A stretch of DNA of 64,000 nt from Sedimentisphaerales bacterium (GTDB lineage: Bacteria > Planctomycetota > Phycisphaerae > Sedimentisphaerales > SM23-30): assembly GCA_963663965.2 (NCBI GenBank), contig CAXXFK010000002.1:1-64000 (forward strand), in the 5' to 3' direction. The translations under genes were made by a program, and so were the position numbers. The first letter of the stretch is position 1, and every line of letters begins with the position of its first letter. Positions 1-10,406 of this stretch are shown here, piece by piece. The notes beneath the pieces were generated by a model, which saw only the letters and a program-made list of their open reading frames with translations, was not told where the DNA came from and did not search any database.

Positions 1-2078
1 ATACCTGGAAGGCGATGTTGTTCTGCAAGCCAATTATTTTAAGGGTTTTCAGGATAATCGATTTACAGCGGATCGAGTTTATTACGATCTGGCAAATCAT
101 ATCGCCACCATGGATAATGTTACTTTACGGATGGTGCTTGAGGAGCAACGGGTTCCTCTCTATATCCGAGCGAGAGAATTGCGCCAACTCAGTCTGAACG
201 AATTTCAGGCTGATCAGGTCTTATTCAGTAACGATGAATTTTATACCCCGCATGTTGGATTAAAGGTTAAGCGTATCTCGATCATAAATCCTCAGCCAGC
301 CATTGGCAATGGGATTTCCAATCAGGGATCCCCTGCGTCATTTCATATGGAAGACATTCGAGTTCAATTGGAGAACACACCGGTTTTCTGGTGGCCAGAG
401 TCCAAAGGAATTAGTGCCCAGAAGCCATCCCCATTGCTTGGAGCCAATGCCAGTTCGGATAATGAATTTGGCATTTCTCTAGAAACTGAATGGGATTTGC
501 CCTGGTTGCTGGGAATTCGGAAACTGGACGGTGTCGATTCCAGGCTGCAATTGAATGAATACAGTAAACGTGGTCCGGGTATCGGGGTAGAAACTGATTA
601 TACAAGAAGTGATTACATTGGGGGATTCAAGGGATTTATCCAGCAGGATGATGGGGAAGACCGGCTGGGTCGCTATGCCTCCAGGCGTGATATCGAGCCA
701 GATACTAATTTGCGTGGGCGAGTTAAATGGCAGCATCGTCAGTATCTAACCAACGACTGGCAAGCCAGTCTGGAATTAAATTATCTGTCGGATGAACATT
801 ATCTGGAAAGCTGGCATGAACGTGAGTTCGATTCGGAAAAAAAACCGGAGAATCTGCTCTATTTCAAACAGCAACGTGATAACTGGGCTGTTGATCTGTT
901 GCATTCGTTCCGGTTAAACAGTTTTGAATATGCCATGAACGAACAGCCGACGCTGGGTTTTCATGTGGCTGGGCAACGATTGTTTGATGTGCTGACCTGG
1001 GATCATGAAGGTTTTATTTCGCGAATCAATGAAGAAGCGGACAGTCGTTGGGTTTCTGCGCCTGGCAGTCAACTGGAAGAATGGATACTGCCGGACAGGG
1101 TTGAAGGTAATGAGTATACCTATGGCCTGAGTCGGCATGAACTGGCGTTACCGCTTCAGGCGGGGCCATTAAATATATCACCGACGCTGATCGGCACCTG
1201 GATGTATGACGATTCAGAAACTGGCTATAATAATGTGTTTCAGGGGGCAGCGGGAATTCGTTCCAGTATGACACTCTGGCGAGTCAATCGCGACATTAAG
1301 AGCCGGCTCTGGGATATCGATCAGATACGGCATATCGTTTCACCTGAAATCAGCGCGTTCTGGGTGGATTCAGATCATCCGGATGATCCGGCGCGAGATG
1401 TTTTGAGTGTTGCATTAAACCAACGCTGGCAAACCAAACGCGGGCCGAAAGACAATCAATATACGGTTGATTTCTTCCGGGTTAAATACCTCATTGACCA
1501 TGGTAAACCATGATTTGGAGGATAATATTCTTCCAAACCGTTTTTTTTTATACTAATCCGGAACCACAATTTGGATTAAGTCCCTTATCTTAACGCTGAT
1601 CTGGCGAATTTCGATCTGGCGACCCGACGCCGTAATTCGATGACCCAATCGGATTTCATGGAAACCAACTGGTTATGGCAGATTTCCGATACGACCCATC
1701 TGAGTGGAATGGTTAATTATAATATTCACGATAGCGCCCTGAGCCAGACTGGAACCGCGTTATCCGTAGAGCGAACGCCACGATTGCGGTATTACCTGGG
1801 GCACTATTTTCTTAAGAACGGGGATGCTTTCCGTGATGATGACGGGCATTATATCAGTGGAGGTTTCGGATATCGACTCACGGAAAAATACACCATGGCA
1901 TTTACGCAGCAGTATGATTTATCGCAAACGGCTTCGAATTACAGTCGAGCGACATTTATTCGTGAATTTCCACACTGGTTTGGCGCGTTCAGTATCGGTT
2001 TACGACGCGACACGCGACAGTATGTCATTTATGGTCAGTGTCTGGCCGGAAAGTTTTGGCGACCTGACCCTGGGGTAA
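1..2078 (+). CDS. lptD: LPS-assembly outer-membrane protein LptD-like; 5'-partial and split by at least two frameshifts
   Basis: The frame of ORF 110..1513 is open from base 2 (YLEGDV...ADRVYYD) and continues into beta-barrel-like sequence (SDNEFG, RGRVKWQH, YLSDEHY, RHIVSPEI). C-terminal strands continue in ORFs 1640..2146 and 1824..2078. Confidence 0.7.
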
Positions 2079-2142
2079 ACGCAAATTATCCCGACTGGAA
2101 CCCTGATTCATCGGACAGTCGGGATTGGGATGAGGGCACAGG

Positions 2143-4708
2143 TTGATGGAGCACCCTCTCGGCAACGATTTTATTAAACGTTATCCGTTTCCACCGGCGG
2201 TTTTGCTGCCTTATTGCCTGGCATTGATGGCTGGAATTCTGATTGCGCGATATACGCGACTCCCATCCCGTGTCATGGTTTCTCTGGGCAGTAGTTGTCT
2301 GCTGCTTTCGGGTTTATTGTTAGTTTTTAAGGGGCGCGGTCTGGATTATCGGTTAGTGAGAACCATTATTATCGTTGCCATGATGATGGTATTTATCTGC
2401 CTGGGGGCGATCCGGTATATTTCTCAATATATTCCTTGCGAGAATCATTTGATCCATTATTGCAAGCTGGATGAGGCGCGATTGGCCACTGTGCGGGGAG
2501 TTATTCTGACAGAACCGGTGATACAAGAACCTCAAAGCGTATTTGCCCGATTCGATTATATTCACGGGCCCCACAGCCGGTTTGTGCTGGCATGTCAGAG
2601 CGTATTGACTTATCAAGGTTGGCGTCCGGTTCGTGGCATGGCATACGCAACCATCGATGAGCCTGGATTGCAATTTAAGCGCGGGCAGACGATTGAATTG
2701 TATTGTCGGCTTTCGGTCAGTCAACCGCCGGCGAATCCAGGTAACCGGCTGGCGGAAATCTGGTATCAAAGCGGACTTCAGACCATTTTTTGCCATATCA
2801 AGTATCCGGAATCTGTAACCCTACTGGGCGAACAGGAAACTTTATCCTGGTGGCAGAAAACCAGATTCTGGATCAACGGGAAAATCCAGTCGACTGTTTT
2901 AAACGAAACATCATCGTCCGATTCACTGGTGGCGGCGCTTTTGCTCGGACAGCGGAGGTCAATTGCCCGAAACAATAAACGAAGCGTTTATGCGGACGGG
3001 AACCGCTCATTACCTGAGCTTGTCGGGATTGCATGTTGGCATCCTCGGTTGGCTGGTGTGGATTTTATTGAAACCATTGACTCCTTCAAGATTGCTGCGG
3101 GGATTGGCGGCGATAGTATTTATTCTTTTGTATTTAAGTATTGTGCCACCGCGGGCTCCGGTATTACGGGCCAGCATTATTTTTTATCTGTTTGTGTGTG
3201 GGGTACATGTCTCGACGGACCGGTAATCCGTTGAATCTGCTGGCGTTCAGTGCGATGGTGATATTAATGGTTAAGCCGGCGGATTTGTTCAACGCGGGAT
3301 TTCAGTTGTCATATGTGGTGGTGGGGGCATTGATCTGTTTTGTGCCGGCAATAATAAACTGGCGGATTTATCGTTGAAACGGCGGATTCGATTGAAATCA
3401 TTTTACCCCCGGAGGATCGTTACCGGGTAATGCCGTGGTGGCAGGATGGATTGCAATTGTTGGGGCGTCGTTTTGTTGAATTGTTAATCGTATCTTGTGT
3501 CGCGTGGGTGGCGGGGTTTGTTGTTGACGGCGTTTTATTTCAACCGGATATCGCCATGGGGGATATTTAACTCGATGGTTTTGTTTGTCTGTATCGCACT
3601 GATACTGGTTCTGGGATTGGCTCAGGCGTTGTTAATGGGTATTTACGGCAGTGGTTTGTTTGTGACTGATTGGCTCAACCGGGTGGGGGATTTTACGGTG
3701 AACCTGGTTGTTCAACTGGCGGATCTGCCATTTAGCGGTATTCATGTTCAATCGCCGCCGGTGGTTGTATTGTGGTGTTTTTATCTGTTGGCGGGTTGGG
3801 CGGGGTATTATACCTTGCGTAAAGTGAGGCCACCGGTCTGGTTGCGTTATGGTCTGGCGGGATGTCTGCTGGCCTGGCCGGTCTGGGCGTGGGGAGAGTC
3901 ATTGCGAAGTGAGTTACGCTGGACCACGCTGGCTGTGGGGCATGGATGCGCGAATGTGGTGGAGTTGTCGGATGGCAAGACTATTGTATTTGACGCGGGG
4001 AGTATGAGTGATTTTAATGTCGGGCAGCGAACGATAGCGCCGTATTTGCGGAGCCGGGGGATTGACCGGATCGATGGATTATTTTTAAGTCATCCGGATG
4101 TTGATCATTTTAATGGGGCGGTCGATCTGTGCCGGCAGTTTTGAGGTAGGGTGGGTTTACCTGGGGCGTGGGTTTGAATTGAATCGGAATTATGCGGGTG
4201 AGTATCTGATCGAGCAATTGGAGCGGATGGGGCAGAAATATAGTTATGTGGATCGGGATACGGAATTGAAGGGATTTGATCGAGTTCGGATAATGTGGGC
4301 CGCCGAAGGAGCCAACCGTGGGGTTGGAGGATAACGATCTGTCGCTGGCCATGCTGATTGAAGACAGGGGGTGTTCGCTGGTATTGACCGGCGATATAGC
4401 CGAGCGGGGCGCAAGCTGAGTTAATACTTGGGTTTACGGAGGATCCGAAACGGTGCGATATGGTTCAGTTGCCGCATCATGGGGCGTTGACTTCTTCATT
4501 GCGTGGGTTTATTGGGGCAACTGGGCCGACCTATTGTATTAATTCCTGTGGGTTTAAAACGGAAAATCAGTTCCGTGCGATTCATGATACGCTTAAGGGG
4601 TATCAGGTGATTCATACGGCGAAGTCGGGTGCCATTATAGTCCGTTGCAGCCAGCCGGGTGAGATTCAATTTCGGACTTATTGTAATGATGGCCTGGCCG
4701 GCGATTAA
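2143..4708 (+). CDS. comEC: ComEC/Rec2 competence protein, fragmented by multiple frameshifts
   Basis: Consecutive fragments carry ALLLGQR, GTAHYLSLSGLHVG, APVLRA, GFQLSY, VGHG, DAG, SHPDVDH (metallo-beta-lactamase), TGDI and PHHG motifs. Confidence 0.85.
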
Positions 4709-4917
4709 TACAGGAAGCGGTGGCCGAAGAGGATGAGCAGACCGATGAGGACCTGGATAAAGATGAGGGACCAGAATACTGTTGGGTTGTCGGCGTGGGT
4801 GAATTTTTTTTGTTCGCCGCTGAACCAGGAATGGTAAGAGAATTTACCCCTGACAATGTTGACCAGAGCAAGGATCAGGACCGCAATACCTAATAGAATA
4901 TTGATTTTCATGGGCAT
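4705..4917 (-). CDS. small two-TM hypothetical membrane protein
   Basis: 70-aa ORF with two hydrophobic segments. Confidence 0.5.
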   Translation of the reverse strand: MPMKINILLGIAVLILALVNIVRGKFSYHSWFSGEQKKFTHADNPTVFWSLIFIQVLIGLLILFGHRFLY

Positions 4918-5069
4918 ACCACATTAGGATTATTATCGCACTTGATATTTAATTATAGTACGTTAGCATTATTAAGTCAATATTGTAAATTGTTTTATTG
5001 GAATACGTTATGGCTGTTTTGGGGGCGGTTGGGTTCGTTTAGATTTGGGTGTCTACCGGCTGAGTGGGA

Positions 5070-5855
5070 TTAGTAGTGACGGCATTGTAGGGTGGTGTCG
5101 GTTGGGGTGTTCTGGGAATTTTCTGCCGGCGTGAATGGTTTTAAGTCATTGTTATAATTGTGGTTATAGTCGTGATTATTGGTGTTGGGTTCGTTTGGCG
5201 TTTGGGGATAGTTGGAGTGGTTGGGGTTGTATTGATGGGGTGTTTGGTTCAAAGGATCGGGTTGGAAATTGTCGGGCTGGGAGTTGAGGTTGCGGTGGTT
5301 GTTATGGGTTGGATTGTTTGTTTCTAAGTTTTTGTTATTGTTTGTGTTATGGTTGAATTTGCCGACTTTGGGTTCGTTTGGTATTGGTGGGGTTTCGGGT
5401 TGTTGGCCTGGTTCGGGGGTGGCGTTTGGGTCGCACTGGATGGCGGGGGTGATCTGGTAGCCGGCGTCGAAGAGGATGTTTTTGCAATTGTCGATAATCT
5501 GCTGGTATTCTTTGTCATTGGGCGGGCCTTCGGGGATGAGGTCTTTGATGGGATCGGTGATTTTTATGAATTGCTGGATGAGTTGGGTGGTAGCGCGGCG
5601 GGCGGTGACGTTGTTATCTGAACGGGACTGGACGACGAGGCGCTGGAGGGCCTGGTGGCCGGCCCGGGTGGCGCGGAGTTTATAGTCGCGGCGATCGTAG
5701 GCGATCAGGCCGGCCAGTTCGCAGTGGTAGGGGTAGGTGTCGATGATGTACTGGTGCTGGCGGCGGGTGGTGTTGATGGTGGCGAGGAACATGTCATCAA
5801 TTTCGGGGCGGTGGTAGTATTGGGCACGGGCGAGAATTTGCATGGAACGATTCAT
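5070..5855 (-). CDS. hypothetical protein with Asn/Pro/His-rich low-complexity C-terminus
   Basis: Strong RBS (AAAGGAGGT) upstream; globular-looking N-terminus and PNEP-type repeats in the tail. Confidence 0.6.
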   Translation of the reverse strand: MNRSMQILARAQYYHRPEIDDMFLATINTTRRQHQYIIDTYPYHCELAGLIAYDRRDYKLRATRAGHQALQRLVVQSRSDNNVTARRATTQLIQQFIKITDPIKDLIPEGPPNDKEYQQIIDNCKNILFDAGYQITPAIQCDPNATPEPGQQPETPPIPNEPKVGKFNHNTNNNKNLETNNPTHNNHRNLNSQPDNFQPDPLNQTPHQYNPNHSNYPQTPNEPNTNNHDYNHNYNNDLKPFTPAENSQNTPTDTTLQCRHY

Positions 5856-5996
5856 GTTATACCTCCTTTTAACCTTAATAATGTTTTGTGTTTGACCGTT
5901 AGTGGCCGACTGTTGGGATTATAGGTTTAATTTTAATAATAGTCAAATAAATTATAAAATTATATAGAAATAATACATGATATAAGAATATTTCAC

Positions 5997-6156
5997 CATG
6001 AAGAACATGAAGGGCATGAAGGCAAGAGGAAGATTTAACGGCCGATTTATCCGCAGATCCCGATGTACATCGGGACAGATAGACGCAGAAAAAAAGAATA
6101 TAAACTATTGTAATAAAATAAGATAGAACCACGGAATACACGGAATACACGGAAGG
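5997..6156 (+). repeat. cluster of short 9-nt-period tandem repeats and an 18-bp palindrome
   Basis: CATGAAGNN x3 (5997-6023), TCCCGATGTACATCGGGA palindrome (6058-6075), CACGGAANN x3 (6130-6156). Confidence 0.8.
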
Positions 6157-6515
6157 ATAGAAATTAAATACATTTTGCTGTGGAAGTGGAGGTCCTGGAG
6201 AAACGGCTGGAGAATTTAAAAATTGAAATAGCCGATTTTACTACGGGGAAACGTTGAATATTATTCATGGTGTTTAACAGGATTGTCGTGGGTGGTATGG
6301 GGATTAGGAAGGTTATGGAAATGATGAGCGTTGTGGGGGGGATAATATTCACTGGCCGGGATTTGCGTTTTCTAATGCTTGCAAAGTGGACCTGATTGTG
6401 GATAATATCGGGTTGCCTGAGCCGGCTAATATTTTTACTCAGGCAGAGCTCGTATTACTTAGAAAATATAGACTTCCGAAACTGGCAACTGTCAGTTTAC
6501 GTAAGAGGGCAAACT

Positions 6516-7403
6516 ATGAATCAGGTAGTATTACAAACCCGTATTCCCGGCCAGACGCCGCGTCGGGGTAAAGTACGCGATATTTATGATCTGGGCGACC
6601 AGTTACTTTTTGTTGCCACGGATCGTATCAGCGCCTTTGATGTGATTATGGCCAACGGCATTCCGGATAAGGGTAAAGTCCTGACCCGGATTTCCCTGTT
6701 CTGGTTCGAATGGCTGGGCGCTTCAATTAATAATCATCTGGTCACGACGGAGGTGAGCAAGTTCCCGGCGCCGTTCTGCGATTATGCCGACCAGTTGGAA
6801 GGCCGCAGTATGCTGGTCCGCAAGACCGAGGTGTTGCCGGTCGAATGTATTGTGCGGGGCTATCTGGCCGGTTCCGGCTGGAAAGAGTATCAGAAGAAAC
6901 AGACCGTCTGTGATATCCCGCTGCCGGCCGGACTCAAACAGTGCGACAAGCTCCCCGAACCGTTATTTACTCCATCGACCAAGGCCGAACAGGGTCTGCA
7001 CGATGAAAATATCTCGCCGGAGCGCGCCGCGGAAATTATCGGCAAAGAAAAAGCGGATTATGTCGCGCGGAAAAGCATCGAAATTTACCGCCGGGCGGCT
7101 GATTATGCCGCCGAACGTGGTATTATTCTGGCCGATACCAAATTTGAATGGGGACAGGAAGGCGAGAATATTGTCCTGATCGATGAAGTACTCACGCCCG
7201 ATTCTTCCCGGTTCTGGCCCGCGGCCAGGTATGAACCCGGCCGCGATCAGGAAAGCTTCGATAAACAATTTGTCCGGAACTATCTGGAAAGTATCAATTT
7301 TGCCAAGCAGCCGCCCGGCCCCGAACTGCCGGCCGAAGTCGTGGAAAATACCCGCGCTATCTATGTTCAGGCTTACGAACAGCTGAGCGGCAAAAAATTC
7401 TAA
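6516..7403 (+). CDS. purC: SAICAR synthetase
   Basis: GKVRDIY, TDRISAFD, ECIVRGYL, ADTKFE and DEVLTPDSSRFW motifs; ATG at 6516 after a GAGG RBS. Confidence 0.97.
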   Translation: MNQVVLQTRIPGQTPRRGKVRDIYDLGDQLLFVATDRISAFDVIMANGIPDKGKVLTRISLFWFEWLGASINNHLVTTEVSKFPAPFCDYADQLEGRSMLVRKTEVLPVECIVRGYLAGSGWKEYQKKQTVCDIPLPAGLKQCDKLPEPLFTPSTKAEQGLHDENISPERAAEIIGKEKADYVARKSIEIYRRAADYAAERGIILADTKFEWGQEGENIVLIDEVLTPDSSRFWPAARYEPGRDQESFDKQFVRNYLESINFAKQPPGPELPAEVVENTRAIYVQAYEQLSGKKF

Positions 7404-7422
7404 GGGATCACCTGGTGCCATT

Positions 7423-7794
7423 ATGCCTGACAATACAACCACAATAAAAGAAATGCTGGATCGAATGGCGGATTTCGTCGCCGAACGGGACTGGGAACAG
7501 TATCACAGCCCCAAAAATCTGGCCATGGGCCTGGCGATCGAAACCGGCGAACTGCTGGAACATTTTCAGTGGATCGATTCCGCTGAATCTTATAAGACCG
7601 TCGAAAATGCCGAACAGTTTCAGTTGATCAAAGAAGAAGTGGCCGACTGCCTCAGCTATATCCTTGCCATTGCGGGCGTGATGGGGATCGATCTGAGTGA
7701 TGCCTATTTTGAAAAAATGAAAAAAAACGCCATCAAGTATCCTGCCGATATTTATCGCGGTAAATACAAGGTGGCGGGTGACAATAAAAAATAA
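7423..7794 (+). CDS. MazG-like nucleotide pyrophosphohydrolase (dCTPase family)
   Basis: ERDWEQYHSPKNL, ETGELLEHFQW, EEVAD, KN..KYP. Confidence 0.9.
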   Translation: MPDNTTTIKEMLDRMADFVAERDWEQYHSPKNLAMGLAIETGELLEHFQWIDSAESYKTVENAEQFQLIKEEVADCLSYILAIAGVMGIDLSDAYFEKMKKNAIKYPADIYRGKYKVAGDNKK

Positions 7795-7828
7795 CCAGCC
7801 GTCAAAAACTTTCTGGACGGGCGGGACA

Positions 7829-9067
7829 ATGACAACAGCCGTACTTGATTTACAGTCTGAGGGGCGATCTGGCTCATGGCTGCAATGGTCACAATTACTA
7901 TTGCTGTCGATGATCCATTTCTGGGCCGACTTGTACATGGGGATGATACCATCGCTCATGCCGCGGATCCGGTCTGTCTTTGATATCACCGTCATCATGG
8001 GGATTGCGTTGATGATCGCGCCGACGATGGTGGTTAACCTGGTGCAGCTGGTCATTGGGCATATCCGTCCCGGTAAGGCAATGCCGTTACTGATCTATAT
8101 CGGCGGTGTTCTGGCTGTATTTGGCAGCGGTTTAAGTTTGATTACTTCATCGGGCGTGCCGGCATTCAACCTCGTCATGGCGCTGTTTTGCGTGAGCGCC
8201 CTGGGAGTTGGCATGGTTCATCCGGAAAGCTTTCGCGCGGTTCACGCCCTGGATCGGGTCTCGCCTGCCATGGGGACGGCTATTTTTATGATCGGGGGCC
8301 AGTTAGGGTATGGCATGGGGGCCTGGATCGCGACCATGGTCGTTACGCGCTGGGATTTTCCGGGGTTATGGAGTCTGGTTCCGGTAATGGCCTTGTTGAT
8401 GATTTTAACTTTTCTGATGCGAATTCGCCTGGCGGTTGAACCTGCGCAGAATGTGGAAGTAAAGTCTGAAGTAAAAGGTTCAATCCCGTTCTGGCCGGTT
8501 TGGTTTATGAACCTGCCGGCGGCTTTTGGCGTGCTGGCTTTTCTGAGTCTACTGCCCCAGTATCTGAATGAAAAAGGATTCGAGCTGGAATTTGGCGGCT
8601 ATTGCAACTGGTTGTTCATGGCCGGTTCGGTCGCGGGTTGTTTGTTCTGGTCCGCCTTGAGTCATCGGGTCCATCCTATTTTATGTTCGGTTTTGTCTTT
8701 TGGATTTGGTGCGCCTTTTATCGCCGTTTATGCCTGGCTGGCGCATTATCGCCAGGCGTCCTGGCTGCTGGTGCCGGCTGGATTCTGTCTGATGGCGGCA
8801 TTTACCCTGTTGGTCAAAGAGGCCCGTTTTGCCCGTGGCCTCAACCTGGGGACCCGTATGGCGCTATCCGCCGGGGGGACCTGGGGTTTTTCCAATCTGG
8901 TTTTTTTGATTGTCAGTTATTTCATCAAAGAGATCTGGTCCAGTCAGACGCTGATTTTTGTTGGTATCCACTACAGCTGGCTGGCATTTATCCCATCGAT
9001 TATTTTAGGATTATGGGTTTGGGGGCTGGCCATCAAATTGCAGAAAGTGAGTGAAAAGAATGAGTGA
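7829..9067 (+). CDS. MFS transporter (Fsr-like)
   Basis: About 12 TM segments; HFWADLY, GMVHPE, GGQLGYG motifs. The start could be 7778. Confidence 0.85.
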   Translation: MTTAVLDLQSEGRSGSWLQWSQLLLLSMIHFWADLYMGMIPSLMPRIRSVFDITVIMGIALMIAPTMVVNLVQLVIGHIRPGKAMPLLIYIGGVLAVFGSGLSLITSSGVPAFNLVMALFCVSALGVGMVHPESFRAVHALDRVSPAMGTAIFMIGGQLGYGMGAWIATMVVTRWDFPGLWSLVPVMALLMILTFLMRIRLAVEPAQNVEVKSEVKGSIPFWPVWFMNLPAAFGVLAFLSLLPQYLNEKGFELEFGGYCNWLFMAGSVAGCLFWSALSHRVHPILCSVLSFGFGAPFIAVYAWLAHYRQASWLLVPAGFCLMAAFTLLVKEARFARGLNLGTRMALSAGGTWGFSNLVFLIVSYFIKEIWSSQTLIFVGIHYSWLAFIPSIILGLWVWGLAIKLQKVSEKNE

Positions 9068-9332
9068 TAAAGACTATACCGGCCATCAACGCAAGGTCAT
9101 CGACTCTTATTATCGTAATATTGATTCCATAATGCTGCAAAAACTTCAGGAACTCGTTACCGAATTGTATCTGGCTAAAGATACCCCCAAGGAAGACAAA
9201 ATCTGGGAACGGGTGGAAAAAGCGATTAATAACCTGAAGATCCCCGGGGCCATCAAAGAAAATATTCTGGTGAAACGGAATATTGAGGTGCTGGCTCGCA
9301 ATGTGAATGAATGGCTGAAGAAGGCACGCTGA
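9060..9332 (+). CDS. hypothetical protein
   Basis: 90-aa helical ORF overlapping the MFS stop; HQRKVI..YYRN..LQELVTELYLA. Confidence 0.7.
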   Translation: MSDKDYTGHQRKVIDSYYRNIDSIMLQKLQELVTELYLAKDTPKEDKIWERVEKAINNLKIPGAIKENILVKRNIEVLARNVNEWLKKAR

Positions 9333-9397
9333 TTTTGACTGGTTATTAGTTTTGTACAGGCAAAAGGCTTATTGTTGCCGTGGCGGGATAAAAAAAT

Positions 9398-9419
9398 AAC
9401 CCCCTGAGAACAGGGGGTT
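9398..9419. terminator. bidirectional intrinsic terminator
   Basis: AACCCCCTG-AGAA-CAGGGGGTT flanked by A and T runs, between convergent genes. Confidence 0.75.
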
Positions 9420-9473
9420 TATGAAATTCAGGATGGAAAAAAGCCTTGCTGGAACTGATTAACCATCCTGGTA

Positions 9474-10190
9474 TTATGCCAGTTGTGCTTCTTCCTGTAA
9501 AACGGATTTGCGAGTACGTCGTTGTCGGCGTTTTGGTGCGGATTCCTGTTGAGAGTCCATATGTGCTACTTTGAGGGCGTCTCTGGCAGTGGGGGCAAAT
9601 AGATCGGCGCCGATTTCTTCCCAGAGCCCTTCGGCGCGATTGAATACGCCGCCTGATAACATGATTTTTATATCGGGACAGGAATTGATGCGTCGAATGG
9701 TATCCATTAACCGGCGGACATCAGGAGCGCCACTGGGTTTTGTGCCATAAACAAACAGAACGTCAGGGCGGAAATGGCCGACCATTTCGATGACTTCATC
9801 GTTGGGGACGCCGCCGCCGATAAATTTGACTTCCCAGCCTTCCGACTCGAAGAGATCGGCGCACATCTGGGCGCCCAGTTCTTCCGGCTCATCGTGGGCA
9901 CAGGTGATGACAATTTTTTTGTTGTTAGGTTTGCTGCGGGGTAATTTGCTTTGTAATTGATCGACCAGGGTGCGATTGATGCGGGTTGCCATGTGTTCGG
10001 TGATACGATCGATGCGATGATGGCGATAGAGAGTTTCAATTTCGACCATGACCGGCCAGAATAAATTGGAATAAATCGTATTGGCCGGGGTACCGGTTTG
10101 CAGGGTTTCGCCGAGAATATTGCGGCAGCCAATCCGATCGCCTTGCAGTAGTTTTTCCAGATACTTAGCTTTGTAAAATTCAAAATCCAT
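9474..10190 (-). CDS. cobalamin-binding domain protein (cap + Rossmann domain)
   Basis: Four-helix cap (EHMAT) then EELGAQM.ADLFE..GWEV.FIGG, IMLSGG, GADLFA. Confidence 0.8.
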   Translation of the reverse strand: MDFEFYKAKYLEKLLQGDRIGCRNILGETLQTGTPANTIYSNLFWPVMVEIETLYRHHRIDRITEHMATRINRTLVDQLQSKLPRSKPNNKKIVITCAHDEPEELGAQMCADLFESEGWEVKFIGGGVPNDEVIEMVGHFRPDVLFVYGTKPSGAPDVRRLMDTIRRINSCPDIKIMLSGGVFNRAEGLWEEIGADLFAPTARDALKVAHMDSQQESAPKRRQRRTRKSVLQEEAQLA

Positions 10191-10406
10191 AGCAAACCTC
10201 GCGTTAAAAATGTTAGTGTTTATTCTGTCAACACCAACACTATCGTCAGAGGTCGCAAAAATTCTTTACTAAATATCCCAAATTATCTAAATTAACATTT
10301 ATGTATTGGCAAAAATTAAGGTAAAATAATATAAGTTATTCAATATTATGAATTTATGATTTATGTTAATTATGTTAAAATAGCTGGTTTATGTTAAAAT
10401 AGAAGG

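Noticed and set aside
5997..6156. CRISPR array
   Set aside because: Units are 9 nt and tandem, with no 25-45-nt repeats separated by spacers and no cas genes.
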